This document shows, in pieces, positions 1-11,305 of a DNA stretch of 64,000 nucleotides (its first letter is position 1; each line of letters starts with the position of its first letter). Position numbers and translations under genes: made by a program. Below the pieces are notes generated by a model. It worked only from the letters and a program-made list of their open reading frames with translations, had not been told where the DNA came from and did no database searches. This DNA comes from Octopus sinensis. Its lineage: Eukaryota. The DNA lies in assembly GCF_006345805.1 (NCBI RefSeq), contig NC_043005.1, positions 4,154,001 through 4,218,000 of the forward strand, read 5' to 3'.

Positions 1-226
1 AAAAACAATTAAAGGCACATTTTCCAAGAAAACTTTAAAAAAAGGAAAAAAAATAGGTAAATTGCCAGAGGATGTTCTCTCTCTCATCATATGTATGTAT
101 ATGCATATATACATGCATATATGGGTACAGAACACAAAAAAACCCCGAAGAAACGAGACATGCAACATAAAGAACATTCCCTTCATCAGTTGTCCCCTGT
201 TTTATCTACTCCGCGTTCGAAGGTAA

Positions 227-250
<24 letters not shown>

Positions 251-263
<13 letters not shown>

Positions 264-474
264 GGTCCCGGGTTGATTCGGGGTTAACCACAGTAAATAA
301 GGTACTCAATACATAGCAGAGTAAAATTAATTTATTATATAGAAGGAGCTTCTACAGGACTAGAACTGTTTCATTCAAGAGAAATCTTCAGGAAGCTAGT
401 TAACAAGAATTGTATTGGCATTTATACATTTAGGCAGGTTTAAAGGGGTGTTGGTGGGGGACTTTTTGGGGGTA

Positions 475-480
<6 letters not shown>
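251..480 (-). mobile_element. Penelope-like pseudo-LTR fragment, left arm of an inverted pair
   Basis: 330-480 is the reverse complement of 1607-1757. It contains a hammerhead motif at 347-397 (-). Confidence 0.7.
347..397 (-). ncRNA. Type I hammerhead ribozyme motif (copy 1)
   Basis: Reverse complement of 1690-1740, with the same helices and core. Confidence 0.7.
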
Positions 481-516
<36 letters not shown>

Positions 517-1320
517 TGTATGTATTTGTATGTAGGTGTACATGTATGTGTGTGTATTTATATTTATTGGTGTATATGTATAGACTAGCCGTCTAAGAGT
601 GTAGACATGAATATGTAGGTACGCGTACGTATGTGTATATACGTGAATGTATGTAGATGTATGTATGTATGAATATAACGCGTGCGTGCGTGTATGCGTA
701 TGAGTGTACGAATGAGTGAGTGTACGTGCTAAAGAGTGTGCGTGAGTGAATGAGTAATTGTTTTCCAGTAGACGGATAAATGGTCTGGCTGTCATAGCCA
801 AGATGTTTGTGACCAAGCGGCCAAGATAACAAAAGTAATAAACGAAGATAATAAAATTAAAATTAGGGAATGGGTCTGTATTTGTATATGTATATATATA
901 TGTGTGTATGTGTAGGTATGCATGGGTACACATATGTATATATATGTATATATATATATGTGTATGTATATATATGTGTATATGTATGTGTATGTATGTA
1001 TATATATGTGTATGTATGTGTATGTGTGGGTGTATATATATGTGTGTATGTGTATATATGTGTATATAGGGACTAGTGTGCTGTGTGTGCATGTGTGTGT
1101 ATGGATTTGTGTGTGTATGCGTGTATGTGAGTAGATGTGTGTGTATGTGTATATATATATTTTTCTGTGTGTATATGTATGTGTGGTCGTGTGTGTATAT
1201 ATACATGTGTGTATACGTGTATGCAAGTGAGTGTGTGTATGTATACATATATATGTGTATGTGTAGATATGTATATGTATGTGTGATTGTATATATATAT
1301 GTGTGTATGTGTAGAGGTAT
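481..1320. repeat. Compound (TA)n/(TG)n/(TATG)n microsatellite tract
   Basis: Directly visible. It explains the H/T/Y/I-rich and V/C/Y/M-rich ORFs here. Confidence 0.95.
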
Positions 1321-1544
1321 AAGTGAGAATCTCCTTATTTACCTAAAACTCTATTCCCCCCCTTTATACATATATATATATATATATATTTTTTAATTTT
1401 TTTTTATTTTTACTTTTTTTTTTATATATTTTTTTATATTTTTTTATTTTCTATTTTCTATTTTTTATTTTTTATTTTTTATTTTTTATATTTTATATTT
1501 TTTATTTTTTATTTTTTATTATTTATTATTTATTATTTTTTATT

Positions 1545-1757
1545 TATTCTCCTATCTAATTTAACACTGACTCCTTGACCACTCCCCCAAGTATGATTTT
1601 TTGCGCTATGCCTACCCCCAAAAAGTCCCCCACCAACACCCCTTTAAACCTGCCTAAATGTATAAATGCCAATACAATTCTTGTTAACTAGCTTCCTGAA
1701 GATTTCTCTTGAATGAAACAGTTCTAGTCCTGTAGAAGCTCCTTCTATATAATAAAT
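1545..1757 (+). mobile_element. Penelope-like pseudo-LTR fragment, right arm of the inverted pair
   Basis: 1607-1757 is the inverted copy of 330-480 and carries the hammerhead motif. The 5' boundary is approximate. Confidence 0.65.
1690..1740 (+). ncRNA. Type I hammerhead ribozyme motif (copy 2)
   Basis: AGCTTC [CTGAAGA] TTTC-tctt-GAAT [GAAA] CAG-ttctagtc-CTG [TA] GAAGCT. Helix I is 6 bp, helix III is ACAG/CTGT, and the GUA cleavage triplet ends at 1734. Helix II is weak and opens with U.U instead of G-C. Confidence 0.72.
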
Positions 1758-1759
1758 AT

Positions 1760-1818
<59 letters not shown>

Positions 1819-1859
1819 ATATATATAAAGGCCTCCGTGCTTTGGGGACGTAACAAACA

Positions 1860-2295
1860 CCATCGATCGTGGCCGTCCGGCAGCCTCATCTGGCACCTGT
1901 GTCGGTGGCACATAAAAACACCATCCGAGCGTGGCCGTCTGCCAGCCTCGTCTGGCACCTGCCAGCCTCATCTGGCACCTGTGTCGGTGGCACATAAAAA
2001 CACATCCGAGCGTGGCCGTCTGCCAGCCCCGTCTGGCACCTGTGTCGGTGGCACATAAAAAACCATCCGAGCGTGGCCGTTCGCCAGCCTCGTCTGGCAC
2101 CTGTGTCGGTGGCACATAAAATCACCCACTACACTCTCGGAGTGGTTGGCGTTAGGAAGGGCATCCAGCTGTAGAAACACTGCCAGATCTGACTGGCCTG
2201 GTGCAGCCTTCGGGCTCCCCAGACCCCAGTTGAACCGTCCAACCCATGCTAGCATGGAAAACGGACGCTAAATGATGATGATGATGATGATGATA
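1860..2295 (-). mobile_element. (CAT)n-headed interspersed repeat (RTE 5'UTR-like), with an internal ~60-bp tandem array
   Basis: The reverse complement begins (cat)n...gtccgttttccatgctagcatgggttggacgg...ctacagctggatgcccttcctaacgccaacc. About 4 units of tggcacctgtgtcggtggcacataaaaac...ccgagcgtggccgtctgccagcctcgtc lie at 1860-2120. Confidence 0.8.
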
Positions 2296-2997
2296 TATAA
2301 AGCTGAAGTTGTCTGTGTATGGCAGGTTTGGTAGCCTTCAACGAACACTATCTCCTCTGAGACCTTGTGGTGCAAGTTGACCAAAATTGAGAGTATGATA
2401 GAAGAAGGCTTGCTCTTCCTTCCGTAACAGATAAAATTCAAATCGGACCACGTTAACACCAAAAATTATTTACATGAAAAAGGTGCTTTTTTCTATGAAA
2501 ATCCCTATTTTTTATGTTTTTTTGACTGCTGTGTTGCCATTTTTCGGTGTTTTTCAACCAGAAAAATGTTCACTTAAAGAAAATAACAAGCTACATGATG
2601 CAAAACTTTTACTTTTCAAAAATTTCAGTTCTAAAGGGTCAAAACAAACCCGAGCAATGGCGGGCGATACTGTTAGTATATATATATATATTATCTAAAT
2701 CAGTTTGATTCGGTTCAGTGCTACTTCAAGTTTCGCAGGCCCCGAACGGGAGCCTGATTCCTTCAGGCTTCTGGAATGCCGAATCAAGAGACCAGTAAAT
2801 GTGTGTGTATACACACACAATATTTAGATTCGCCTATTTAGTGACACTGGTGCAACGTGGGTATATTGGCAACATATATTGAGAAAATTAGCATATGTAT
2901 AAATAAATATTTATTTATTATATGTGAATATGTGTGTGTGTCCAGCTATGGACACACACATTATATACAAACATACATACATATATATATATATATA

Positions 2998-3909
2998 CTA
3001 GCAGTATCGCCCGGCGTTGCTCGGGTTTGTAAGGGAAATAACTATATAAGCATTTTAGTGAGTTATAGCAAAAAAATAGCAAAAAATGCATTAAAAATGG
3101 AATAAAAAATTATGGTAATTTTTTTTAAATCATTGACTCATCGTAGACATTTTTAGAGAGTTACTTCCCTTATATAATAGCGAAAAATGCATTAAAATGG
3201 AATAAAAAATTATGGTAATTTTTTTAAAATCGTAGACTCATCGTAGACGCGCGCTAATACCCAGAAGGGCTCAATATGAATCACGACTATAAGATACCCG
3301 GTTTTGGTTACACTGCACCGCAAAATGTGGGAGTAGTTAGGAATCTAAATCGTAGGAGACAGATACACAACCTTACTTTTATATTTAAAGATTTGTGCAA
3401 CAACTAAAACATTCGGTTGTGCAAATTGTTTGCACAGGAAACCTGCCCTGTGTGGCGGTTTTTGCCGTTTTTGTGGATCTGTTTCAGCTTTTTTAGCGAT
3501 TTCTGTTTTGGCGACTTCAAACCATGAAGTCGTTGTTCTAAAAGAACGCTGGTCTCCTTGACAACGCATTACGACGTTGATTTCCTTACACTCCCTTCCC
3601 CACAGCTTCACGAGGGAGGGAAGAAGGGGGAGAAGCAACACAGGTGCAGGTGCTTGAGCGTGGATGCCAACTCCGCCGCCATCGACACACGAAAAAATAT
3701 GCATTAAAATGGAATAAAAAATGATGTTAAATTATTTTTAAAATCGTAGACTCATCGTAGATGCGCACTAATACCCAGACAGGCTCGATATGAATCACGA
3801 CTATAAGATACCCGAATTCGGTTAAACTGCACCGCAAAATGTGGGAGTAGATAGAAATCTAAATCGAAGGGGACAGACACTCACACAACTACAGTTTTAT
3901 ATATATAGA
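2998..3909 (-). mobile_element. Non-autonomous Helitron, composite with two 5' ends
   Basis: The minus-strand 3' end is the hairpin cccg-agcaacgc-cggg, then CTAG|T at 2998. There are 5' A|TC termini at 3391 and 3909, each followed by a similar ~200-bp module. Confidence 0.75.
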
Positions 3910-5163
3910 TATATACATATTACAAAGCAAAAAAAATTTTAACCCCCAAAAATTTTAGGTTGAAAATTTTGTGGCACTGGGAAACCACTCTAATGACTAT
4001 TGAGGCACACCAACACGCTTGCAGCATTGGCGAGGCTGATGCGCTGGAAAAACCTAGCGTCCTCATTTGTGTAACATTGTCCGTTTTTTTCCGTCCTTGT
4101 TTTTGTATACATTCGCCGCTTTCTTCCAAGGAATCTAATGCTCTTAGCTTAGTTTTTCCTTGAGGCTGGCCAGATTGGAGCAATCTCAAGAATAATCAGC
4201 CGAAATTGTGAGGATAATCTGGTGTTTAACTGAGGAAAGAAAATTTCGAATGACCCGTCCTTGTTTTCTTATATCGTTTATCTGGATGTTTTGTTGTCCT
4301 TTTTTTGTATCACCTAGGTGTCCAGATGTTTTGTACTCTTGTCCCATTTTGTATATATCTCTATATATAAAACTGAAATGCGTTTTTACCGCTTGGTTCG
4401 CTTTCAATGCCACTACATCCCGTCCGATTCGCTCCAAAATTTACAGGGACATGTCGAATGAGGTGACGATGCGCGTGGGCTACCTTAGAAATCCCTATCT
4501 TAAAAGGTGTGGTTGCTAGGGGCCATCTTCCTACCTCACCCTATTTCCTCCAGTACTCTGTCACTCCTCTTCATTTGACAATGCAACTACTGTTATTTAA
4601 TGTAAAGTCTTCCTCAAATCACTTTGTCGCTATTTACTCTCTTCCAAGAACATTTTCACTCACTCTATCTCTTACCTTCCTATACATTTTACTCATGTAT
4701 CTATCAGCGTTCATGGACAGTAACAAATATTACATCGCCATCGCATTCTATTGTCTACCTGTCAACACACACACACACACACATATATACATATATCTAA
4801 TATTATATTTTTATTTTTATGTTTTTGTTTTTGGTTTTTTACTGTTTCATTTCCCTATTAGTGGTTTTATCTCTAATTTAATTTCTACAGCGTGCACACA
4901 CACACACACACACACCTATATGTGGCCCCAGTACACCCGAATGAAATCGGGTTCTCTTCATCAAAATGTGAAAAGGGGTCTACAATTATCATCGCCACAA
5001 CTTATGTATGTCTTCCTCACTCACTCACTCTTTTTCCTAATGATAATTATCATCGCCACCACCAACACCACCAACACACAATCTGGACAATCTTTCTCTT
5101 ATAACAAATCATTTTACATTGCAACGACGTCTGCCACCTCCGCCGTCTCTATTTATTCTGCAA

Positions 5164-5318
5164 ATGACCAGAACTCGGGAAACTTGGTTTAGTGTTCTAT
5201 GGTCTATGACCAGAACTCGGGAAACTTGGTTGAGTGTTCTATGGTCTATGACCAGAAATCGGGAAACTTGGTTGAGTGTTCTATGGTCTATGATCAGAAC
5301 TTGGGAAACTTGGTTGAG
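5164..5318 (+). repeat. 42-bp minisatellite, about 3.7 copies
   Basis: The unit atgaccagaactcgggaaacttggttgagtgttctatggtct starts at 5164, 5206, 5248 and 5290 (partial). Confidence 0.92.
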
Positions 5319-6004
5319 TCCTCATCTTATAAAATGTGGCCCCAGTAGACCCAAATGAAATCGGGTTATATTAACCAAAAGGTGAAAAGGGGTATAAATG
5401 GGGCTGGAAGGGGATTAAAATTTAAAGAAGCGGGTGTTTAGCAATTCTCTGTTACATCAAGCTAAAAATTTGCTCCAGCCTTTTAATCGTCAATGTGTTG
5501 CCGTCCATGATGAAGAAGTTTTGAATGCTTGCCATCGTGAGTCTACTGTCGTGAGAAAGAATCAAGTCAAAACTTGGTTTTTAGGGATTTTCTTTTACAT
5601 CAAGTTCAAAATTTTACGCCAGCCGTTGAACTGTCAATACGTTGCTGTCCATCGTTAAGAAATGCCAGCCATGGTGACTCTACTATCCTCAAATTCTATC
5701 CCTTCAAACTTTGGTTTCCAATATTTTATTATTTTTATTCAGCTCGCAAGTTCGTCTGTCCCTTTTAAATGTTAGTGTTTTGCTGTCTGTCTTGAAGCAG
5801 ACCTTTCCTTTGTAACTGCCTGATATTTATGATTGATCTTTCTAAATATTTTATTTCTCAACTTACTCAAGATCTTTTGTTGTTTATAAATGGGAGAGAG
5901 ATACATAAAGATAGAGAGTAAGAGAAAGCGAGGGAGAGTCCGAGAGAAAGGAAGAGTAAGAGAGTGGGAAAGTGAGAGAAAGGAGAAAGAAACAAAGAGG
6001 GAGA

Positions 6005-6320
6005 ATCATCATCATCATCATCATCGTTTAATGTCCGTTTTCCGTGCTAGCACGGGTTGGACAGTTTGACAGGGGTCTGGGAAGCCAGGAGGCTGCACCA
6101 GGCTCCAGTCTGATCTGGCAGTGTTTCGACAGGTGGATGCCCTTCCTAACGCCAACCACTCTGTGAGTGTAGTGGGTGCTTTTTTCGTGCTGCCTGCACA
6201 GGTGCCAGGGGGGCTGGCAGCGGCCACGATCAGTTGGTGCTTTTTACGTGCCACTAGCACAGAAGCCAGTCAAGGCGGCGCTGCAATCCGCCACGTTCGG
6301 ATGGTGCTTTTTACGTGCTG
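6005..6320 (+). mobile_element. (CAT)n-headed RTE-like interspersed repeat
   Basis: Same family as 1860-2295. Other copies lie near 11515, 25140, 44845, 45590, 52650, 54105, 57340(-), 60850(-) and 62745. Confidence 0.8.
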
Positions 6321-6471
6321 AAAGGAAGCAACAGAAAGTAACAACCACACTCTTACCCGCGCGTAGAGCGGGTCACCTTCAGCTAGTTATATATATATAT
6401 ATATATATATATTATAGAAATATTAAAATTACTAAGTCTCTCTAAAAGAGATTACGACAGCGTTACTGGAA

Positions 6472-6881
6472 ATTAATTGTTATCGCCATATTAATATGGC
6501 AATCTTATAGATATAAGACTAAAAGCTGTCGCTGATTAGCTCCATGAGGCCATCGCCTTAAGATAGCTATATGACACACAAACTGTGTCCATTAGAACCT
6601 TCGAACAAGGGAGGTCAGCCGCTTCACACTGCTAGTCAGACAGCTACAGACGCATTTCAGGGTATTTGCCCCTTGTCAATGTAGCAAATACCCTGAAACG
6701 CGTCTGTAGCTGTCTGACTAGCAGTGTGAAGCGGCTGACCTCCCTTGTTCGAAGGTTCTAATGGACACAGTTTGTGTGTCATATAGCTATCTTAAGGCGA
6801 TGGCCTCATGGAGCTAATCAGCGACAGCTTTTAGTCTTATATCTATAAGATTGCCATATTAATATGGCGATAACAATTAAT
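6472..6881. repeat. 410-bp foldback inverted repeat (198-bp arms, 14-nt loop), Penelope-like
   Basis: 6472-6669 is the reverse complement of 6684-6881 with one visible mismatch (gacgcAtttc vs gaaaCgcgtc). The loop is cccttgtcaatgta. Confidence 0.93.
6643..6685 (-). ncRNA. Degenerate minimal hammerhead ribozyme motif
   Basis: Minus strand: GCTACA [TTGACAA] GGGG-caaata-CCCT [GAAAT]GC[GTC] TGTAGC. The core deviates from CTGANGA/GAAAC by three transitions. The other arm keeps GAAACGCGTC. Confidence 0.6.
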
Positions 6882-6886
6882 ATATA

Positions 6887-7440
6887 TCCTGGAAGGACAT
6901 CTCCTGGAAGGACCGAGTACCAAACGGAGTCATCCTAGAACAGACTAATATGCCAAGCATGCATGCCCTCCTCGTGCGGAGACGACTGCGCTGGCTCGGA
7001 CACGTCTGCCGCATGCAGGACGGTCGCACGCCTAAAGACATCCTGTACAGCGAACTCACCACGGGATCCCGACCCAAGGGACGTCCACAGCTACGATACA
7101 GGGATGTGTGCAAACGCAACCTGAGGACTGCCAACATCCGTGTGGACACGTGGGAGGTAACAGCTGCTGACCGCTCTGCCTGGCGTCGGACAGTGAGGAA
7201 AGGCGTTTCCATGGCTGAGGAAAGGAGAGCACAGCTGTGGTCGGACAGGCGGGACAGGAGGAGGACAACTGCAGCAACACCCCACACGTACCCATCGATG
7301 TTCGTGTGCAGCAACTGTACCAGGGACTGCCACTCTAGAATTGGACTGTTCAGTCACAGCAGACGCTGCTCATCATCAAAGTAGGCCCCACCCTTGGCGC
7401 GACCCATTGTCTATCAAGACAGACGGGAAGAGAGAGAAGA
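6887..7440 (+). mobile_element. 5'-truncated RTE (BovB-like) LINE 3' end
   Basis: Open frame ISWKDRVPN...RRRLRWLGHVCRMQDGRTPKDILYSEL...GRPQLRYRDVCKR...CSNCTRDCHSRIGLFSHSRRC, followed by a short 3'UTR and a (GA)-rich tail. Confidence 0.92.
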
Positions 7441-8794
7441 GAGATATATATATATTATATACATGCTTACATATACACACATTTTTTGTTGATGTATACT
7501 GATAAAGGATGAGAAAATTGTAATTTTTTAAAGATATATTAATTCTACCTATGTATTCTTAACAAAATTATGAATAACAGTTTTTCTAGATATAAGAGCA
7601 GTAATATGGATTTTCTAAAACCTTAAATGATATTTTTTTAAATGTAGCACATTTAGGTGCTCTCAACAGTCAAAGTTCTCAATCTTTTTTAAAATGTTTT
7701 AAATTAGATGTTTGAAACAAAAATTTTGAATAATGCAAGTGAGGAGATAAGCAAAATATGATGACATCAATAAATGAAAGCAAAGAGAGAAGATACTGCC
7801 CAACACAGATTATTTAATGATCTTATAACATTTCGGAGAAAATTCCCCTTCTCAAATAGAAAGAAAATGAAGAATTTACTGTTATTGAAGCCACTCTAGT
7901 GGGTTGTAAGATATAAAGTTAAACATTTATTTAAAAAATTAATAAAGAAAATTATTGCTTATAATAATTTTACTTCTATGTAACAAAATATAATTCATTT
8001 TCCACCATCTAAAAAATCAGTATGGAATGCAGTATAAATATAATTTTTACCCCCATATAGTGAGCTTAATTTATATTTCCTTTGAGTAATTTTGTAAAAA
8101 GACATTTCATATATATGTATGTGTGTGTGTGCACGTGTGTATGTATATATATATATATATATATATAAAAAATACAATTGGGACAAGAACGCAAAACATC
8201 CAAATAGACGATACAAAAAATAAAGGACAGGTCACTCAAAGCCTTCAATCTTCAGTCAAGAATCGGATAATCCTCGCAATTTTGGCTGATTAATCTTCAC
8301 ACACACACACACAACTTTTTTCCATGTAAAAAATTGTTTGCATGTATATAGGCAGTTCCTGTGATGCAACTGTTGTGACACTGGCTGCCACTTACAAGAC
8401 TACTTGTTCAAATCACATTGGATTTATAGATTTATCGTCTAATCACAATACAAACCCACTGACCTAAACTTTTAAACGATTATATTTCCATATGTATTTA
8501 TACACCTGTAAAGAGAGAGTGAGAGAGACAGCCATTAAAAATTTAACTACAAAAGATCAAAGCAAGCAAGTATTTTTAATATCAGCGTAAAACCATGTTT
8601 AAAATTAATGCTGAACACATTTTATGTCTAATACCTCCTTGGACACATATCTTTATTTATTTAACTGTTTTACATCATGTTACATAGTACTTCACTATAT
8701 TTATTCAACTAGAATTTTTTGATGTATGACAAGATATACAAATTACCTTAATCTCTCTCTCTCTTTCCTTCCTTCTTACTAAGGTATACATTGT

Positions 8795-9660
8795 TTGGTT
8801 GGTGTTTGGCAGAATCATTAGAGAAATTAGGCAAATTGCTTTGCAGTATTTGTTCCAAATATTTTATGTTCTGAGTTCAAATCATTCCAAATCATTGCTT
8901 TTAATTCTTGCAGGGTTGATAAAATAAACATGAAGTAACAGGGTCAGTATTGGTTAATCCCATCCCCTAAAAATCACTGGCCCGTGTGTCTAAATCAGAA
9001 ACCATTATTATTCAAAATTCATCAAGGTCAACTTTGCCTTAAATTCTTTTGAGGTCAATAAAATAAAGTACTAGTCAAGTAATGAGGTCAGAAGTATCAA
9101 CTAATCCCTGTTGCTCAAAATTTCTGGCCATGTGCTTAAATCAGTAACTATTATTATAATTATTAATTATTAATTATTAATTATTATTATTATATTATTA
9201 TTATTATTAAGGCAGCAAGCTGGCAGAACCATTAGTATATCAGACAAAATGCTTAGCAGCTTTTCATCTACCATTGTGTTCTGAGTTCAAATGCTGTCAA
9301 AGTCAACTTTGCATTTCATCCTTTTGGGGTCAATAAATTAAATACCAGTGAAACACTGTATCGATGTAATCGACTAACCCCTGCTCAACAAATTTCAGGT
9401 TTTGTGCCTTTAACAGAAAGGATTATTATTATTAACATTATTATTATTAAAGCAACAAGCTGGCAGAATAGTTGGCATGTCAAACAAAATGCTTTCATCT
9501 GCCTTTGCATTCTGAGTTCAAATGCCGCCAAGGTCGACATTGCCTTTCATCCTTTCGGGGTTGATGAAATAAGTACTAGTTATGCACTAGAGTCGATATT
9601 ATCAACTTGCCCCCACCCTCAAAATTTCAGGCTTTGTGCCTATAGTAAAAAGGATTATTA
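8795..9660 (+). mobile_element. Head-to-tail cluster of about 4 tRNA-derived SINE copies separated by (ATT)n
   Basis: Recurrent gctggcagaa...ttctgagttcaaat (B box)...gtcaactttgcctttcatcc...gataaaataagtac...tgtgcct, then attatt. Confidence 0.85.
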
Positions 9661-9673
9661 TTATTATTATTAT

Positions 9674-10435
9674 TGAGGGAAAGAACAGTGCATGCCATCA
9701 AAGTAACACTGGGGTACAAATATACGAAGCTCACTATACCCATCATGACTACCTGTCTAATAAGGTTACGCCAGGCGCATGCATCACAACCATATATGCG
9801 CGACATAGTAATTTCATATTAAGATATACAGCACATGACCTTGCAGGTGGGACCCAGTTAGAATTTTTTCAGATTGAGTAGCCCATCTTGCTCAAAAGGT
9901 CCCTGAATAAGGTTTGTTTAAGGATGATGAACAAAACACCCATGTTTCCAGAGGTGAATTATTCACACCCCAAAGAATTCCTCTCAACACATGGCTATGA
10001 TGCTCCATCACTACTTCTTATTTCTTTATTGCCCACAAGGGGCTAAACATAGAAAGGACAAACAAGGACAGACAAAGGGATTAAGTTGGTTACATTGACC
10101 CCAGTGCATAACTGGTACTTAATTTATCGACCCTGAAAGGATGAAAGGCAAAGTCGACCTCAGCGGAATTTGAACTCAGAACGTAACAGCAGATGAAATA
10201 CTGCTAAGTATTTTGCCCAGCATGCTAACATTTCTGCCAGCTCCCCCACTACTTCTGCTCGCGATCAGAGATGCACATATCATCAGCCACTAAGGGACAT
10301 GCTCAACTGGTGAAGGTCAAGCAACTGACAAGTAAATCTGTGGTATTGAGCAGAATATTTGCTGTAGCCCATCTTTTATACCAAGACAAAACAATGTACA
10401 TGATAACACTTCCAATCAGTTAAGAACAAAAGCCA
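9674..10435. mobile_element. (TAA)n-associated interspersed repeat interrupted by a minus-strand SINE (~10019-10245)
   Basis: 10250-10435 is the reverse complement of part of 29605-29830. The nested SINE is flanked by a duplicated cactacttct. Confidence 0.7.
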
Positions 10436-10475
10436 TGAGAGCCACTGCCTGGTAATTACTATTGTAACATAATTA

Positions 10476-11300
10476 AAGCAGTGAGCTGGGAGAATTCTTA
10501 ACATGCCAGGCAAAAAACTTATTGGCATTTCATCCAGCTTAACATTCTGAGTTCAAATTCCACAGTCGGTGACTGTGCATTTCATCCCCTTGGAGTTGAT
10601 AAAATAAATACCAGTTATGTACTAGAGTCAATGTAATCAACTAGCACCTCCAGAATTTCAGGCCTTACACCTATAATAGAAAGGATTATTTTTATAATTA
10701 TTCAAATTTTTTATGTTCTGAGTTCAAATTCCAACAAGGTCGACTTTGCCTTTCATCTTTTTGGGGTTGATAAATTAAGTACAAGTCACATACTGGGGTC
10801 GATCTAATTGACTGCCCCCCCTCTCCCTCAAAATTTCAGGTATTGTGCCTAGAGCAGCAGAAAAGAATAAAATAAAATACCAGCCAAGTACTAGGTCAGT
10901 GGTATTGACTAATCTCTTCTCTTCAAAATTACAGGCATGGCTGTGTGATAAGAAGCTTGCTTCCCAACCACATGGTTCCGGGTTCAATCCCACCGTGTGG
11001 CACCTTGGATAGGTGTCTTCTGCTATAGCTTCAGGCCAACCAAAGCCTTGTGAGTGGATCTGGTAGACAGAAACTGAAAGAAGCTCATCGTGTGTGTGTG
11101 TTTGTGAGTCTGTGTTTGTCCACCCACCATTGCTTGACAACTGATGTTTGTGTATTTACATCCCCATAACTTAGTGGTTCAACAAAAGAGGCTAATAGAA
11201 TAATTACTAGGCTTACAAAGAATAAGTCCTGGGGTTAATTTATCCAACTAAAGGTGGTGGCCCAGCATGGCCACAGTCAAATGACTGAAACAAATAAAGA
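10476..11300 (+). mobile_element. Cluster of tRNA-derived SINEs (two gctggcaga-type and one ggctgtgtggtaagaagctt-type)
   Basis: A-box and B-box-like heads, with bodies matching other copies in the window. Confidence 0.8.
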
Positions 11301-11305
11301 GTACA

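Larger units (their letters stand above)
4358..6386 (+). mobile_element. Putative non-autonomous Helitron (~2 kb)
   Basis: 5' A|TCtctatatataaaa at 4358. 3' hairpin ACCCGC-gcgtaga-GCGGGT (6355-6373), then CTAG|T at 6383-6387. That both ends belong to one element is inferred. Confidence 0.55.

Noticed and set aside
130-230. CTGATGA on the minus strand (184-190) suggesting another hammerhead
   Set aside because: No downstream GAAA or closing helices could be found. It is probably a repeat end, but not a supportable ribozyme.
430-1396. Long ORFs of up to 272 aa rich in H/T/Y/I or V/C/M
   Set aside because: They are translations of TA/TG microsatellites. The same applies to the ORFs near 12000, 15300, 26000-27400, 29400-30400, 36250-36700 and 63300-63900.
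4185-4350. Repeat shared with 8175-8296 (opposite strand) containing CTGAGGA/CTGAAGA and CCGAAAT
   Set aside because: The motifs could not be assembled into a valid hammerhead topology with a UH site. Treated as an unclassified dispersed repeat.
5164-5318. 42-bp repeats as a CRISPR-like array or coding repeat (MTRTRETWLSVLWS)
   Set aside because: The units are contiguous with no spacers, in eukaryotic context, and the ORF has no splice or homology support.
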